Part shown: piece after piece, positions 25,840 through 37,834 of the stretch
How the letters are laid out: each line of letters starts with the position of its first letter
Numbering within the stretch: the stretch's first letter is position 1
NCBI GenBank assembly: GCA_010015585.1
Contig: ML975166.1
From: Eremomyces bilateralis CBS 781.70
Taxonomy: Eukaryota
DNA length: 64,000 nt
Direction: 5' to 3' (one strand)
Notes under the pieces: model-generated
What the model was told of the DNA's origin: nothing
Databases searched by the model: none
The model's input: only the letters and a program-made list of their open reading frames with translations
Translations under genes and position numbers: made by a program

Positions 25840-27153
25840 ATGAACTACGGACCATACGCCGTTCCTCCGCCATATCCTGGCACATCTTATGAGTTTCGCA
25901 CCCCTCCTGTCTCCCCTCCCCCAGGCGGTGCGCAGTACTTTTCTTCTCCTCGGTACAACGTCTATGCCTCGACTCCTTCTCCTCGCGGCAAATCGTCTGC
26001 TCACGCCCGTCGCACGAGCCATGATCCGGCATCCGGCTACCACTTTGCACACAACTACGGTTCACCCCGATACGCGAGCTATGCCGCCAACTCACGGCCG
26101 CGCGAACCTGATTATGTAAGTGGCAGTTCAGATCGTTTTCGGCGTTTCCACCCGCGTCGAGCCACGGCATCATGGCGACCAGCGACCGCTGCGGGAGGGA
26201 CATACCCCGGCTACTGGCCAACAGCAGGGATGGGGGACTCTCCTCCCTCTACAACCAAAGCGCGTTACTATCATGGCTACTTTGGCACACCCGACTACGT
26301 CAACCACGTCATTATCGACGACGACAACGTCTACCGGGACTCCCCGCCCCCGCCTTACGAACATTATCAATATCACGGGCGAGCAGCTGATCATCCCCCC
26401 TTTGGTTCAACACAGGTGCCCATATATGAATCGACTCCTCAACACGCATATCCTCCGACTGGCCATGACCGATCAGCACGCGCACGCCGTGCATCCCATG
26501 GAGCAGGCACCGGCACCCAGGCACGGCCTTATACTTCACATCATGCCTCAACGCCGACTCCGAAGAGCAAGGGAACTCCGAAGAAAGAGTCGCCCAAGGC
26601 CACAGAGGAAGACGCACGACGCGCGGGGATTCCCGCCGGCTACTCTTTAAAACACTGGGACCCGACCGAGGAACCGATCCTTCTCCTTGGGAGTGTCTTC
26701 TCGCCCGACTCCATCGGTCGGTGGATCTACGACTGGACCGTCTTCCGCTTCGGTCCCGCAACACCGATGGCCGACGTCGCGGGAGACCTCTGGCTCCTCC
26801 TGATCCACCTTTCCGGTAAGGTGAAGCGAGCAGACCACATCATGCCGCGGATCCGCCGGGAAGAGAACCGTGACACTGTCGAGGAATTCCTCGAGTCAGG
26901 CGACCGCCTCCTAGTGCGATTTAAGAAGCTCCTGAAGATCTGTGAGGAATACATGTGGCGCGCCGCGAAGCGGGAAAACGGCGAGAAGAAGCCGTCATCC
27001 ATGGGACGCAATGCCGGCGTCGAGTTTGTGGATACCATGTTCGGACGCGATCGCGAACTCGATAAGACGGAGAAGCTGATGAGCTCGGTCCGTCTTTGGA
27101 GCCTGCGTTTTGATGCCAACGTGGACGAGATCCTACGGAATCCTACCGCTTAG
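25840..27153 (+). CDS. Conserved fungal hypothetical protein (Pro/Tyr-rich N-half plus helical C-terminal domain; often auto-annotated as 'vegetative cell wall protein gp1'-like)
   Basis: 437-aa ORF in good start context (ccaccATG). C-terminal block ATEEDARRAGIPAGYSLKHWDPTEEPILLLGSVF..WIYDWTV..FGRDRELDKTEKLMSSVRLWSLRFDAN. A possible in-frame intron starts at 26116 (GTAAGT). Confidence 0.82.
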   Translation: MNYGPYAVPPPYPGTSYEFRTPPVSPPPGGAQYFSSPRYNVYASTPSPRGKSSAHARRTSHDPASGYHFAHNYGSPRYASYAANSRPREPDYVSGSSDRFRRFHPRRATASWRPATAAGGTYPGYWPTAGMGDSPPSTTKARYYHGYFGTPDYVNHVIIDDDNVYRDSPPPPYEHYQYHGRAADHPPFGSTQVPIYESTPQHAYPPTGHDRSARARRASHGAGTGTQARPYTSHHASTPTPKSKGTPKKESPKATEEDARRAGIPAGYSLKHWDPTEEPILLLGSVFSPDSIGRWIYDWTVFRFGPATPMADVAGDLWLLLIHLSGKVKRADHIMPRIRREENRDTVEEFLESGDRLLVRFKKLLKICEEYMWRAAKRENGEKKPSSMGRNAGVEFVDTMFGRDRELDKTEKLMSSVRLWSLRFDANVDEILRNPTA

Positions 27154-30100
27154 ACGATACCCACTGCTTTAGCGATGAATGGACTTCTCGGATGGGTTGG
27201 GAGGAATAGACCTGGAATATTAGGTCCCACTGTATTCGGAATCGGACGATCAACTACTTCATCTTCTCCATCACATGCTGGGTTTGGATGGGCTTTTCTT
27301 TTAGTTTGGCTTTTTCGATGTTTTTTCGAGCCGTTTCATTAATGATACCCACTGGCTTGTGTTCGCTTCTTCTTGATGGGTCTTTGGAGCGATGTACGCC
27401 TCATGTCTCTCACGGTTTCCGAGCACATGCATTGCCTTCAACTCAAGGGTGGCGCCTTTCATGTTATCCTTTGGGTTCACTGCATTTGGGTCCGGTCATA
27501 CAAAAGCACAACAGGCTGGGTGGTGGGATAAAATGGCTTTCTTTGGCGGGCTGGTTTCACCGGAAAAGTTTTTTGGGACGGAATTGGCTTTCGAAGACCA
27601 TTTGCTCTGCTTTCACTATACCCCTTTCTTTTTTCACACTGTACGCCTCGCTTCGGATGGGCAGGTCAGACAGTCGCTCGGGCGTTTTTGACTTCTTGTT
27701 ACTGGCTGGGCTGGATTTTGAACTTTGGATCTGTTGGAATGTTGTTCATCAGGTTTTAGACACAGGTAATAGTATTTTGCGCAAGCAACCATTTTCTATC
27801 AATTTGCAGACTATCATTGGCGTGATTGTTGACAACATGCAAGTTACTCCCATGTGACGAGGAACCAGATGTCTCAGATGCATCCTCGCTACCACGCATT
27901 AGATTGAATGAATCTCGTCTCTTGGAAAATGTGACCGGCCAGAGGAATCTGACCATCCCTTTCCACCCCCCCTTGATTCGAATATTCGATTCCTGTCCCT
28001 TTCATATCTGCCCAGTGGATCAGTGCAGCCTGCATCTGTGATTTCGTCAAATCCGACCCAACCCAAACTCTATCCCAACCACATGCAGCCGTTCGACCGA
28101 GTGTTCTGCCAATCATCGTATCCCAGCGACCTTGTCCTCCATTCGGGATTCATCCCTTTGCGTTTTCGTCCATCCATGACCAATTGATGGCTTTGCCGAT
28201 GACGACTCGATAATCGATACCGGACTTCGTCAACCATGGGGATCGGGGAGTCTATAGTCACACCGCGATCAGTGTCTCCCTCCTATTCTAGGCAGTAGCA
28301 AAAGCGATGATTCATTTTTCCCCAAGAGGATTGGTGAGGCATCGGAGAACATTTCCACCATCACAGACCAAATGATATCTCGCAAAAGCATCCGACCAAC
28401 GCCCACTCGTTGATCGGATCCACGAATCACAGTCCACCATCCAGCCATCATCCAACTGCCCAACCACCCACCAAACTGTATCACACCTATCACGGGTACG
28501 TATCACTCACCCCCCGCGCTAATGCATTCGATCAATCGGCGGCCGAGACGCGAAAGTGGGAGTGCCCCCGTGGAGGACAGGAGCCTGCAAGTCATCGCTC
28601 TGAATCTGAGCCTGTGGATTCCACGTCCCGTGCCTTCCGCCATTTTGCGAATGGAGAGAACAGGATCGGCTCCTGCACGATGATGGACCTCTCTGGAATC
28701 ATCCATCAATACCAGTCCTTGTGGGCGATCGTACACTTGATGGGGGCTCCTCCGAACATGTCACATCTGCAATATGGAGGAACACTTGCATTGCAGTAAT
28801 AATGTCCTTGGTCTGTTGATCCATACCCATATTACGCTCTGGGAAGGACGGATCCTCGCCTCTTTCGGCTTCCCCTCGCATCTATATCGCATAGCACCCA
28901 CGACGATGGGTCTTCACTCATTTGAGGAACCAGGGGATTCTCCTGCCACAGTTTCACAGACGACGCTCAAGACGCTGAATTCGTCGACACTAGCACGTGG
29001 GGAATCCTCGCCAGCCACTCTCGACTCGAGCCGTTCCGGTGTCCGTCTCTCGCACGCTTTCAGGGATTCCCTTTCGTCGCTTGGTGAAGTTGACAAGTCA
29101 TTCCTGTTCGCAACGTGATGCGACCAGTGTCGCTGAACGATCCTAACTCGGCCGCTCCGGGTACACGAACGGACCCAGCCCTGAGGTGAGCCGCTGAGCC
29201 GCAGCAGCGGAGATTTTATTTAGGCTGTTTTTTTATTATACCAGATTGCCTTGTACAGACTAACAGTCATAATGAGCGAGGATGGAGTGCCTGTGGTGAA
29301 TGGTCAGCTGCAATCCACTGCGGTTCATCTGCTGGGCATCGGTGAGATGTTGCTATTCTTAGGTGACGACTCCCAATCGCTGCCAATCATCCATGACGAT
29401 GTGCATCAGCGGAATGTATGACGGAATCAAATTGCAAAGCCGCATTCAGAGTAAATCAATGCCAGCCGGTTCTCGAGCCTGGTAGTAGAGAGTTTTGGGT
29501 TTCTTTACCATCAAAAACCACAGCACCGTTGAGTTTTCCTTATTGAAAGCTGTTAACTGTGTAACAAATCCAACATCCTCTCGTGTTGTCGATACCGTCC
29601 TGCTGGATTGTCATCGTACAACAAAATCATTTGATGACCACCGTATCTATCCGTCGGAAGTAGCACAAGCAAATGAGCCTCCACGGGTCATCTCACGTCT
29701 CTTACCAGTTACCACACCCTCCACATCGGATATCGCCCGCTGTCGTGCTGCCTTGATTCCTTCTCCGCGTCGGACCGTCGCACGTTTCAAGAAGGTGGTG
29801 CAACCCGTTCGTTTCCTTCGGTTCAATTAATTTGAGCGTCGTAACCCCTTCACCCCATGGTCCTGGGACACGACTCACACGAGTCAATAAACGGAAGAAG
29901 CTGCCTTGCCCTTGCAGTCGACCAGGTCGACGCTCTAGGCCCCTCCTCAGAGCTGAGAAATCTCATCATTGCCTCCGTTCTGTATCTGGTCCGGAATGAA
30001 TCCCTCCCTTGCCGTCGCAAAACGTGTATCGGTGAACGGGGCGGCCCAGATGACCAGTTCATTCACCGTGCCTTGCAGTTTCCATGTAAGGGATGTGATA

Positions 30101-31588
30101 ACCCTGAGCCAGAGCCCATCCGCTGCTCCACGGATAGGTACAAGGCATGCGGCGGACGTGTCGATGACAGCATGGCTCCCGTCAACCAGGAGGATCGCGA
30201 ATTAGAGCCTGCCTAGATGCACCTGCGATCCTATCCAGACCTGGGCGCATTTTCACCGAATGCAGCGTCCCGATGCTCGATATCTCGACGGGCGGGATAC
30301 GGCAGCTCAGCTCCTGCAAGGCGTCCGATGGATCTCTCATCTCACAGTTGACGGCCGTCAACAGCACGGCATGTTTTGGCCCTTTGACCCGAAGGACCGG
30401 TACAGACGCCGACTCCGAAACACAGAACCTATCATCTACGACACCAGCGTCCATGGGAAGTCAATCGGACTACGCAGCGATCGACGCTGTGTACTTCCCC
30501 TCCATCATCACCGGGTCACGCGAGGATGCCCCTCCACTTTCCAGCGGTCCAGTTCGTTCGGTTTGCAAACGAACTGCCAGCGCCCAGCGGCTAGGCACAG
30601 TCTTGATGTGCGCAGCATCGAGGAGCCGTGAAACCATGCCAATGGAGTTAACTTGCGCTCTCTATCCAACATTGCCTGCAATCTGCAGATGCAAGTCTGA
30701 AACATACATAGTATGGTTAAAAGAGGCCGCAGTGCTATCATTACTATTACTTGCGCTCGCATCGCGGAACCGGTCCGGATTTGTTCTCCATAGCGCTTTC
30801 ATGTCCCTGGTGATAGGCTGGCCCTACCGCCTGCCGGCCGCAGAATCGGTCACACGGGCACGGGAGCTAAACTTTGTTTTGGGATGGAGTGATTCGTTGG
30901 CAGTCGTACTATGATGGATGGTTCGCTTGGAAACGGGCCTTCGTTCCGTTCTTTCAAGGTGGGGTAAATTGGAGGGCCGCATTAATCCTGCTGTAAGCCG
31001 CTAATAGAACTTAGAAGCAAGGTAAGAAATGCATTGATGCGGCGAGTTGGTGTATTGCAGTCGACAATGTTTGGGAGGGGCGCACATCATGCAATTGGAT
31101 AATAGCTAAACCGAGATGCAACCTCGGAGATCGTGTCTCTAACCTCCAAGCCATGTCATTCTTGGTAAACCGGTCACCGAAGTAATTAAGGCATCACACC
31201 CGGCCCAGACCAGCTCGTCACTCCCACTGCCCAGCCCGGAGCCTGACCGATAGGGAACCTACCCAGCACGATTCCAGGAGGTGTCTCGAATGTAAAGTGC
31301 CATGTCTGTGACAAACAAAGACATGATCAATGGCTATTCCTGACTGCTGAGACATCACTATAAGTCCATCCTATCTAGTGGCCGCACACGCTCCAGATGA
31401 ACGGGGTGTTCCGTTGTCTTGCACCGGAGAGCCCCGCCTACTCGTCTCTGTCATCGGAAAGTCGTCGACCGTCGAGCACGCCGTTGACGACGAGATCTTG
31501 TGACATCATTCTCGTGCCTTACCTAATACTCGGGGCATCAATTGGACCAGATCCTCACCTCATCTAGCCTCTCCCCCACTGACGAAAC

Positions 31589-31774
31589 TCAACGAATGGC
31601 CTTGGTAACGCAGCCAACGCCGTCCCAAAATCGTAGGCCGATGATTCGCACCGCGCGAGACTGCGCGAGACATGCGAACCGGTGGGGTATGTTGGCCAGC
31701 GCATAGCGCACACGCATGTTGGTCGGCGTGGTGGTGGGGAGGGGGCGACGATCATTGGAGGGGGGAAGAAACAT
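31589..31774 (-). CDS. Small 61-aa basic protein (putative microprotein)
   Basis: ATG after a C-rich leader; MFLPPSNDRRPLPTTTPTNMRVRYALANIPHRFACLAQSRAVRIIGLRFWDGVGCVTKAIR. From memory it resembles small Pezizomycotina hypothetical proteins; not verified. Confidence 0.5.
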   Translation of the reverse strand: MFLPPSNDRRPLPTTTPTNMRVRYALANIPHRFACLAQSRAVRIIGLRFWDGVGCVTKAIR

Positions 31775-32607
31775 GTCGGGAGGGGTTGCGGTGGAGCCGC
31801 TTGGAGGGGCCAGGAGCGCCACTGGAATTATCAAGGTTTAGTAGTTGATATCGGTAACTATCTGAGGCGTATCCGTATTTCCTTAGTAGTTTACGAGACG
31901 TAGAATTGTGAGGATAGAGTACACATCATGTAGTCGTTGGCCTTGTGGTGCTTCACATTCACGGCGGAACTAAGGGACGCGTGGAGCAATTCGCAACCTC
32001 TCGTGCCTAGGTGGATAAAGCTTAACTAGCAAATTCAATGGGGAAATGATACAGGTAGAATTCAGTGAACAGGATTGGGAATCGTGGTGATTCTTCACCA
32101 ATCTCGTATTGGAAGCGTGATTCTCAAAGCAGATCCATCTGTTCTACTTCAGACTGCTGAATACCTATCTATTATACCTAGAGAATCCCGTCCGTTCATG
32201 GTGGAAAGTGTGCGATGTGGATATCTACTCAGGCCTCCGCTTCGCCGAAGGGGACTCGACCATAGTTCTTCTCGGTCCCTAGGGGACGACCACAATCTGT
32301 GAGTTCTGAGATATTGAACTTCTTACATCGTGGTTGGTAAGCGGGGTGACCTTGCCAGCATTTCTCCCAAAGTCGGAGTCTCTCACCTCCTGAATTACCC
32401 CTGATTGCCACTGAACAATCCATCAAGGATGCCTCGTCTCGCCTTTGACAAATGCTGCCCGCAAAAGCGAGCAACGAGGATCTGCAGCGTGATGGCATCT
32501 TGCTGGAACTGGTGTCTTCTGCAGGACGCGGGTCCAACATCTGGAACATCCCGCTTTGATGAGTCCGTAATCGTTCCCATCCGGTTACGTTTTCGTCGCT
32601 TCCGTAT

Positions 32608-34455
32608 CTACTCTCTCCTCGATGGCAACGAAGGCACTTTGAAGCCGCCCTCATCCATCTTCGGCTTCGCCGAACTGCCCCCGATCTGTGTGAAGGTCCC
32701 ATTGCTGAACCATCGATCCTGCTCCGCCTTCCGCTTCCGTTCCATTTCCGCCTTCTTGTTCGGATCCACCAGCTCCAGACCCTGGAAGGGCGTGAACGCC
32801 CCGATAGCTGTCGCGGTTCCGGAGGGCGCATTGACACCAGCGGTTCGCAAGCCATGACCGCGAAGGACGGTCGCATTCCCGGCTCCCTGTCCCTGCCCGA
32901 ACGTCGAGGACGTGCCGCTGACCGGGCCGCCCCATCCGGGATTCTTCTTGCTCGTCTTCGCGCGTGTGCGCTGGTCGACTTGCAGAGCGCGAATGCGACC
33001 CTCATTCTCCGATCCGATCATGCCCAGGCCCTTCGTCGTGTCGCCGTACCCCACTTCCTTCTCCTCCTTGCCGAATGCCATGCGATTCTGCGCTTTCCGT
33101 AACTCCGTCATCGCGACGGCTTCCTTGGCCTTCCTCGCCCGACGACCACCACGTTTTCGGGCCGGTTTGTCATCTGGGACCGGGAGAGCTCGGACGCCCT
33201 TGTTTGGAGGGGGCTCTTGAAGTTTGCGGAGACGCTCGAGGCACTGCTCTTTGAGCTCCTCGCCGGCGCTGCCGTCGGGATTGCTGTGGACTCGGTCGAT
33301 CCGGGCGGCCAGGACGACTTTGGCGGATACGATCCGCATGGCTTGCTTTCGGAGGTCGATTTGAATGTCGCGAATGATGGGAGAATGATAGAGGAAGCCT
33401 TGGTGCCGGATCCCAACATTGGTAGCAAGGCCAGCTTGAGCTTGCTTTTTGGAGCCTAACGGCGCAATGTTGCATGCTGGAGTTTTTGCGAGTCCTGCCA
33501 GTCCCCCCGAAAAGTTGAGGAATTGAGCGGCCGTTAAGGAACCCACGAGGTTTGTAAGATTCGGCGCGAAAATGTTCATGCGAGATTCGACGTATTCAGT
33601 GAGAACCCGCTTGGCCTTCGCGAGCTGAAGGGTTCTTTCGCAGCCTTTTCTCACGGTCTCTAGCTCCGACGCGCTCATTTCTTGACCACGGGTTGTTCTA
33701 GCCTCCAGCCCAACAACCATCAAGCTAGGGCCATCGAGAACGGAGTTGAGGGTCTGTCCCACCAAGTTATCGGTGGATGTAGAAATCTGCTTCAGATTCT
33801 CGAGAGGTCCGTTGCCAATAATCGCGACGGTCTTCGCATAGTCGATCGGGTTCGTGACAAGCTGTTCGAGCTCCGGAAATCGCATCGAGTAGTGGTCTCG
33901 TATGAATTTATGGTTCCATATGATCGCACTATCAATCATCGTTGATAGGCTGTTCGACTGGGTCAGGAGCTTATATTCGGGATTATCCTCGACCGATCCG
34001 ATGTTCTTCGTCTGCTTCTCAGAGGGCAAGCCTTGGAAATAGGCGATTTTCTGTAACGCGGCGTCGCAAGTCAGGCTGGAGTTCGATGGACTGTAAATCA
34101 TACACCTGAAAGGTTCAGAATGGGTTGGACTTACCTCCATCACCGGGGGAAGCGTCTTCATCAATGCGGCGATATCCTTTGCGTCTCGGACATCGCTCAG
34201 TTCGGCGGCGTTGGCCTTGGCCGCTTGCTCGTGGAATTCCGCTCGTTTTGCGTCGTCCTGTTCCACATCCTCCATCATAGCATCTGCATCTTCAATTTCC
34301 TCCTCATCACCATCGAGTTCCATCCCAGGAACGGCGTTGGCACCGCCGGCTGTATCGTCTCCGCCATCCTGCTCGAAGCCTCCCGCTTGTTCTTCCTCTT
34401 GGTCGGAACCATCGTCACCGAAATCCTGTAACAGTTCATCAGCAAGTGACGCCAT
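32608..34455 (-). CDS. PRP31: U4/U6.U5 tri-snRNP protein Prp31 (NOSIC/Nop domains); intron 34134-34051
   Basis: HKFIRDHYSMRFPELEQL, APNLTNLVGSLTAAQ, LAKTPACNI, DDKPARKRGGRRARKAKE, RKAQNRMAFG. Confidence 0.97.
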   Translation of the reverse strand: MASLADELLQDFGDDGSDQEEEQAGGFEQDGGDDTAGGANAVPGMELDGDEEEIEDADAMMEDVEQDDAKRAEFHEQAAKANAAELSDVRDAKDIAALMKTLPPVMEVSPTHSEPFRCMIYSPSNSSLTCDAALQKIAYFQGLPSEKQTKNIGSVEDNPEYKLLTQSNSLSTMIDSAIIWNHKFIRDHYSMRFPELEQLVTNPIDYAKTVAIIGNGPLENLKQISTSTDNLVGQTLNSVLDGPSLMVVGLEARTTRGQEMSASELETVRKGCERTLQLAKAKRVLTEYVESRMNIFAPNLTNLVGSLTAAQFLNFSGGLAGLAKTPACNIAPLGSKKQAQAGLATNVGIRHQGFLYHSPIIRDIQIDLRKQAMRIVSAKVVLAARIDRVHSNPDGSAGEELKEQCLERLRKLQEPPPNKGVRALPVPDDKPARKRGGRRARKAKEAVAMTELRKAQNRMAFGKEEKEVGYGDTTKGLGMIGSENEGRIRALQVDQRTRAKTSKKNPGWGGPVSGTSSTFGQGQGAGNATVLRGHGLRTAGVNAPSGTATAIGAFTPFQGLELVDPNKKAEMERKRKAEQDRWFSNGTFTQIGGSSAKPKMDEGGFKVPSLPSRRE

Positions 34456-34795
34456 CTTCAACCGAGTTCGCTTGTGAAGTTGAAGCGGAACTTATAAAGG
34501 AAGTTCTTGAAATGCGTGGCGGAAGTTGATGTTGGAGGTTGCGATGTTGAAGTTCCAGGCAGTCGGCCCAGTCCAGTCCGTTGAAAGCACAGACCTCCAC
34601 GCCACCCAACTGAACCCGCCCAGCTCATGCATCAGATCCACTCCGCGAACTTCAGTCTCCAGGGAACTTTTTGACCCAACAACCAACTTCAAGTGCCACC
34701 GCAACACCGTCGTCTAGCTTCGTGTAGTTTAATCCGGAGCGGAAGCTGGTGAATCATTGACAAGACAACGGTGTAAACACCTTCCACCAGCAACC

Positions 34796-36880
34796 ATGGA
34801 CGCCTCACGCGGCCCTCCGAGGGTCAAGAACAAGCAAGCCGCCGATATCCAAATCTCCGCCGAACATTTGCTTCGTGAAGCCGTCGACCGGCAGGAACCC
34901 AAGCTCCAAACTCCCACCCAGCGGTTCGCCGATCTCGAAGAACTCCATGAGTTCCAGGGGCGGAAGCGGAAGGAGTTCGAGGACTATGTCCGCCGGAACC
35001 GCCTGAACATGGGCAACTGGATGCGGTACGCGCAATGGGAACTGGAGCAGAAAGAGTTCCGGAGAGCGCGGTCCGTCTTCGAGCGCGCGCTGGATGTGGA
35101 ACCGGCGAGTGTGGTCTTGTGGATTCGGTATATCGAGGCGGAGATGAGGAACCGGAACATCAATCATGCTCGAAATCTCCTCGATCGCGCCGTGACGATC
35201 CAGCCCCGTGTGGACAAGCTCTGGTACAAATTTGTGTACATGGAGGAGACCCTGGGGAATATCCCGGGGACACGGCAGGTGTTCGAGCGGTGGATGTCGT
35301 GGGAGCCGGATGAGGCGGCGTGGAGCGCATACATCAAGCTCGAGAAACGGTACGGAGAGTTCGATCGTGCACGGGCGATCTTCGAGCGGTTCACCATCGT
35401 CCACCCCGAGCCGAAGAATTGGATCAAATGGGCGAGATTCGAGGAAGAAAACGGGACGAGTGACCTGGTACGAGACGTCTACGGGAACGCCATCAGCGCT
35501 CTCGGAGATCATTTTATGGATGAGAAACTCTTCATGGCGTACGCGAGGTTTGAAACGAAGCTGAAGGAATACGAACGTACCCGGGCTATTTACAAATATG
35601 CTCTAGACCGGATGCCACGATCGAAATCGATGACCCTTCACAAATCCTACACCCAGTTCGAGAAGCAATTCGGTGACCAGGAAGGCGTGGAGGACGTGGT
35701 CATTGCGAAGCGAAGGGTTCAATACGAGGACCAAGTGAAGGAGAACCCGAAGAACTACGACGCTTGGTTCGATTTTGCTAGACTGGAGGAGAGCTCAGGG
35801 GACCTGGAGCGGATACGCGACGTTTACGAGCGAGCCATTGCTCAACTGCCACCGACTCAGGAGAAACGCCATTGGAGAAGATACATCTACTTGTGGATAT
35901 TCTACGCTTTATGGGAAGAGATGGAGAACCGGGACGTCGAGAGGTCACGGCAAATATATCAAGAATGCCTCAAGTTAATACCGCACAAGAAGTTCACCTT
36001 CGCCAAGATCTGGCTGATGAAGGCCCAATTCGAGGTGCGGCAGATGCAACTGCAGACCGCACGGAAAACATTGGGTCAAGCGATCGGGATGTGCCCGAAG
36101 GACAAGCTGTTCCGGGGCTACATCGAGCTGGAGCTCAAGTTGTTCGAGTTCGTGCGATGCCGGACGCTGTACGAGAAGCACATCGAGTGGAACCCGTCCA
36201 ACAGCCAGGCTTGGATCAAATTCGCAGAGCTGGAGAGGGGCCTGGACGACTTGGAACGGGCACGCGCGATCTTCGAGCTGGCAGTCAACCAAGATCCGCT
36301 GGATATGCCGGAGTTGGTCTGGAAGGCCTACATCGACTTTGAGGAGGAGGAAGGCGAGTACGATCGGACACGAGAGCTCTACGAGCGCCTGTTGGAGAAG
36401 ACCGATCACGTCAAAGTCTGGACCAGCTATGCGCACTTTGAAATCAACATTCCGGAGGAGGGCGAAGAGGAGACGGAGGAGGAGACACCGGTGAGCGAAG
36501 CGGCGAAGGTGAGGGCAAGGAAGGTGTTCGAAAGGGCACTAAAGAGCATGAAGGAGAAGGATCTCAAAGAAGAGGTATGTCGTCCACCCCCGACCGTTGC
36601 TAAAAACACTATTCTGACCACCCCTCAGCGCGTCGCCATCCTGAATGCCTGGAAGTCGTTCGAGAACACTCACGGCTTGGCGGAGGATATCGAGAAGGTG
36701 GAGAAGCAGATGCCCCGTCGGGTAAAGCGACGGAGGAAGCTGGACGACGATTCGTTTGAAGAGTACATGGACTACCTCTTCCCCGCCGACGACGAGCGGG
36801 AGGCGAACATGTCGAAGCTACTCCAGATGGCTCACAAATGGAAACAGGAGAAGGCTCAGGAGAATGGGGGGGAACCGTAG
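34796..36880 (+). CDS. CLF1: Splicing factor Clf1/Cwf4/crooked-neck (HAT repeats); intron 36575-36628
   Basis: [70 protein letters not shown]. Confidence 0.97.
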   Translation: MDASRGPPRVKNKQAADIQISAEHLLREAVDRQEPKLQTPTQRFADLEELHEFQGRKRKEFEDYVRRNRLNMGNWMRYAQWELEQKEFRRARSVFERALDVEPASVVLWIRYIEAEMRNRNINHARNLLDRAVTIQPRVDKLWYKFVYMEETLGNIPGTRQVFERWMSWEPDEAAWSAYIKLEKRYGEFDRARAIFERFTIVHPEPKNWIKWARFEEENGTSDLVRDVYGNAISALGDHFMDEKLFMAYARFETKLKEYERTRAIYKYALDRMPRSKSMTLHKSYTQFEKQFGDQEGVEDVVIAKRRVQYEDQVKENPKNYDAWFDFARLEESSGDLERIRDVYERAIAQLPPTQEKRHWRRYIYLWIFYALWEEMENRDVERSRQIYQECLKLIPHKKFTFAKIWLMKAQFEVRQMQLQTARKTLGQAIGMCPKDKLFRGYIELELKLFEFVRCRTLYEKHIEWNPSNSQAWIKFAELERGLDDLERARAIFELAVNQDPLDMPELVWKAYIDFEEEEGEYDRTRELYERLLEKTDHVKVWTSYAHFEINIPEEGEEETEEETPVSEAAKVRARKVFERALKSMKEKDLKEEVCRPPPTVAKNTILTTPQRVAILNAWKSFENTHGLAEDIEKVEKQMPRRVKRRRKLDDDSFEEYMDYLFPADDEREANMSKLLQMAHKWKQEKAQENGGEP

Positions 36881-37834
36881 ATATGCACTGGTCTACTTAC
36901 TGGTCTATGTTACATGAGGAACCACGTTGTCCTGTCGGATATCGCGGGACGCTCTTGCAAACCGTCAGTTTAGTTGGTCGGTGACTAACGGCCAGTAGTC
37001 ACCTCGGTTTGCACTCAACATGCTCGCGTGACCTCGTCGGGCGTCTTTCCACTTGACTGGACAGCCGCAATCTGCACTGGGATCCCTGGCGGAAGGTGAT
37101 GCAAGGGATTGCTGCCGTGCGACATGAGAATATGGGGTGAAAAAACCATTACATACTTCATGTGTTGTACCATCCCTCGTTCCCATATTATTTAACCTTT
37201 CGACCATGTGCTGGATTGAGCAATAAGCGTCTCATTCTATACGGAGTTCCGTCCATCTTACCAATATTATCTGCAGCGGAAGCACTCCACCTCCTCCGCT
37301 ACGAATATGTATCCCACGCTCTTTTTCTCGGATGACGTAATGAGTATAGCTCCAAAAGATCCATCCAACGAGGGCGCTCGATCAACGCACGGAATTGGGA
37401 CTCCAACATCCATTGTTCCATTCCTACGGCCTACAAACTACGGAGTACCCACATGCAGACCACCTTGTGCCGGGCGATTCAGTTGTTCATGGATAATAAG
37501 TACTAAAAAGTGGACGTGGCGTATTTGTTTTTCCTTCCGTTTCCCTTACGCTCCCCATGCTAATACTGCAGTGATGCTGATATTTCCTAGCGACAATGGA
37601 ATCTCGCCGCTTGCCCACCTTGATCGCTTTTTCCAGCACTCTTAGGGTGCGGTTGAGGTGAATTAAGCGGATGTCAATGGAAGTGAAGTGAAGAATTCGC
37701 ATTCTGGACAATCGAGACAACCGAGAACAGAAGAAAGGATTCACACCGACTTTAAGCTTCTCCAATCATCTCACCGTCTATCGTCGCGTGGTGACTGCTG
37801 AGCATTCGAGAAGCTCTGTGGTCGTCTCTCGAGG

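Noticed and set aside
28400..30914. ORFs of 110-213 aa between the hypothetical gene and the small ORF
   Set aside because: Mostly non-ATG starts, no recognisable motifs, and no coherent exon chain.
31523..31558. GTGAGG...TAG|GTAAGG as a recursive splice site or stwintron
   Set aside because: The inner segment is only 36 nt with a weak branch site.
31580..31602. CATTCGTTGAGTTTC on the minus strand resembles U14 snoRNA domain A; CTGACGA on the plus strand resembles a hammerhead core
   Set aside because: The match is imperfect, there are no flanking C/D boxes or domain B, and there is no stem II + GAAA.
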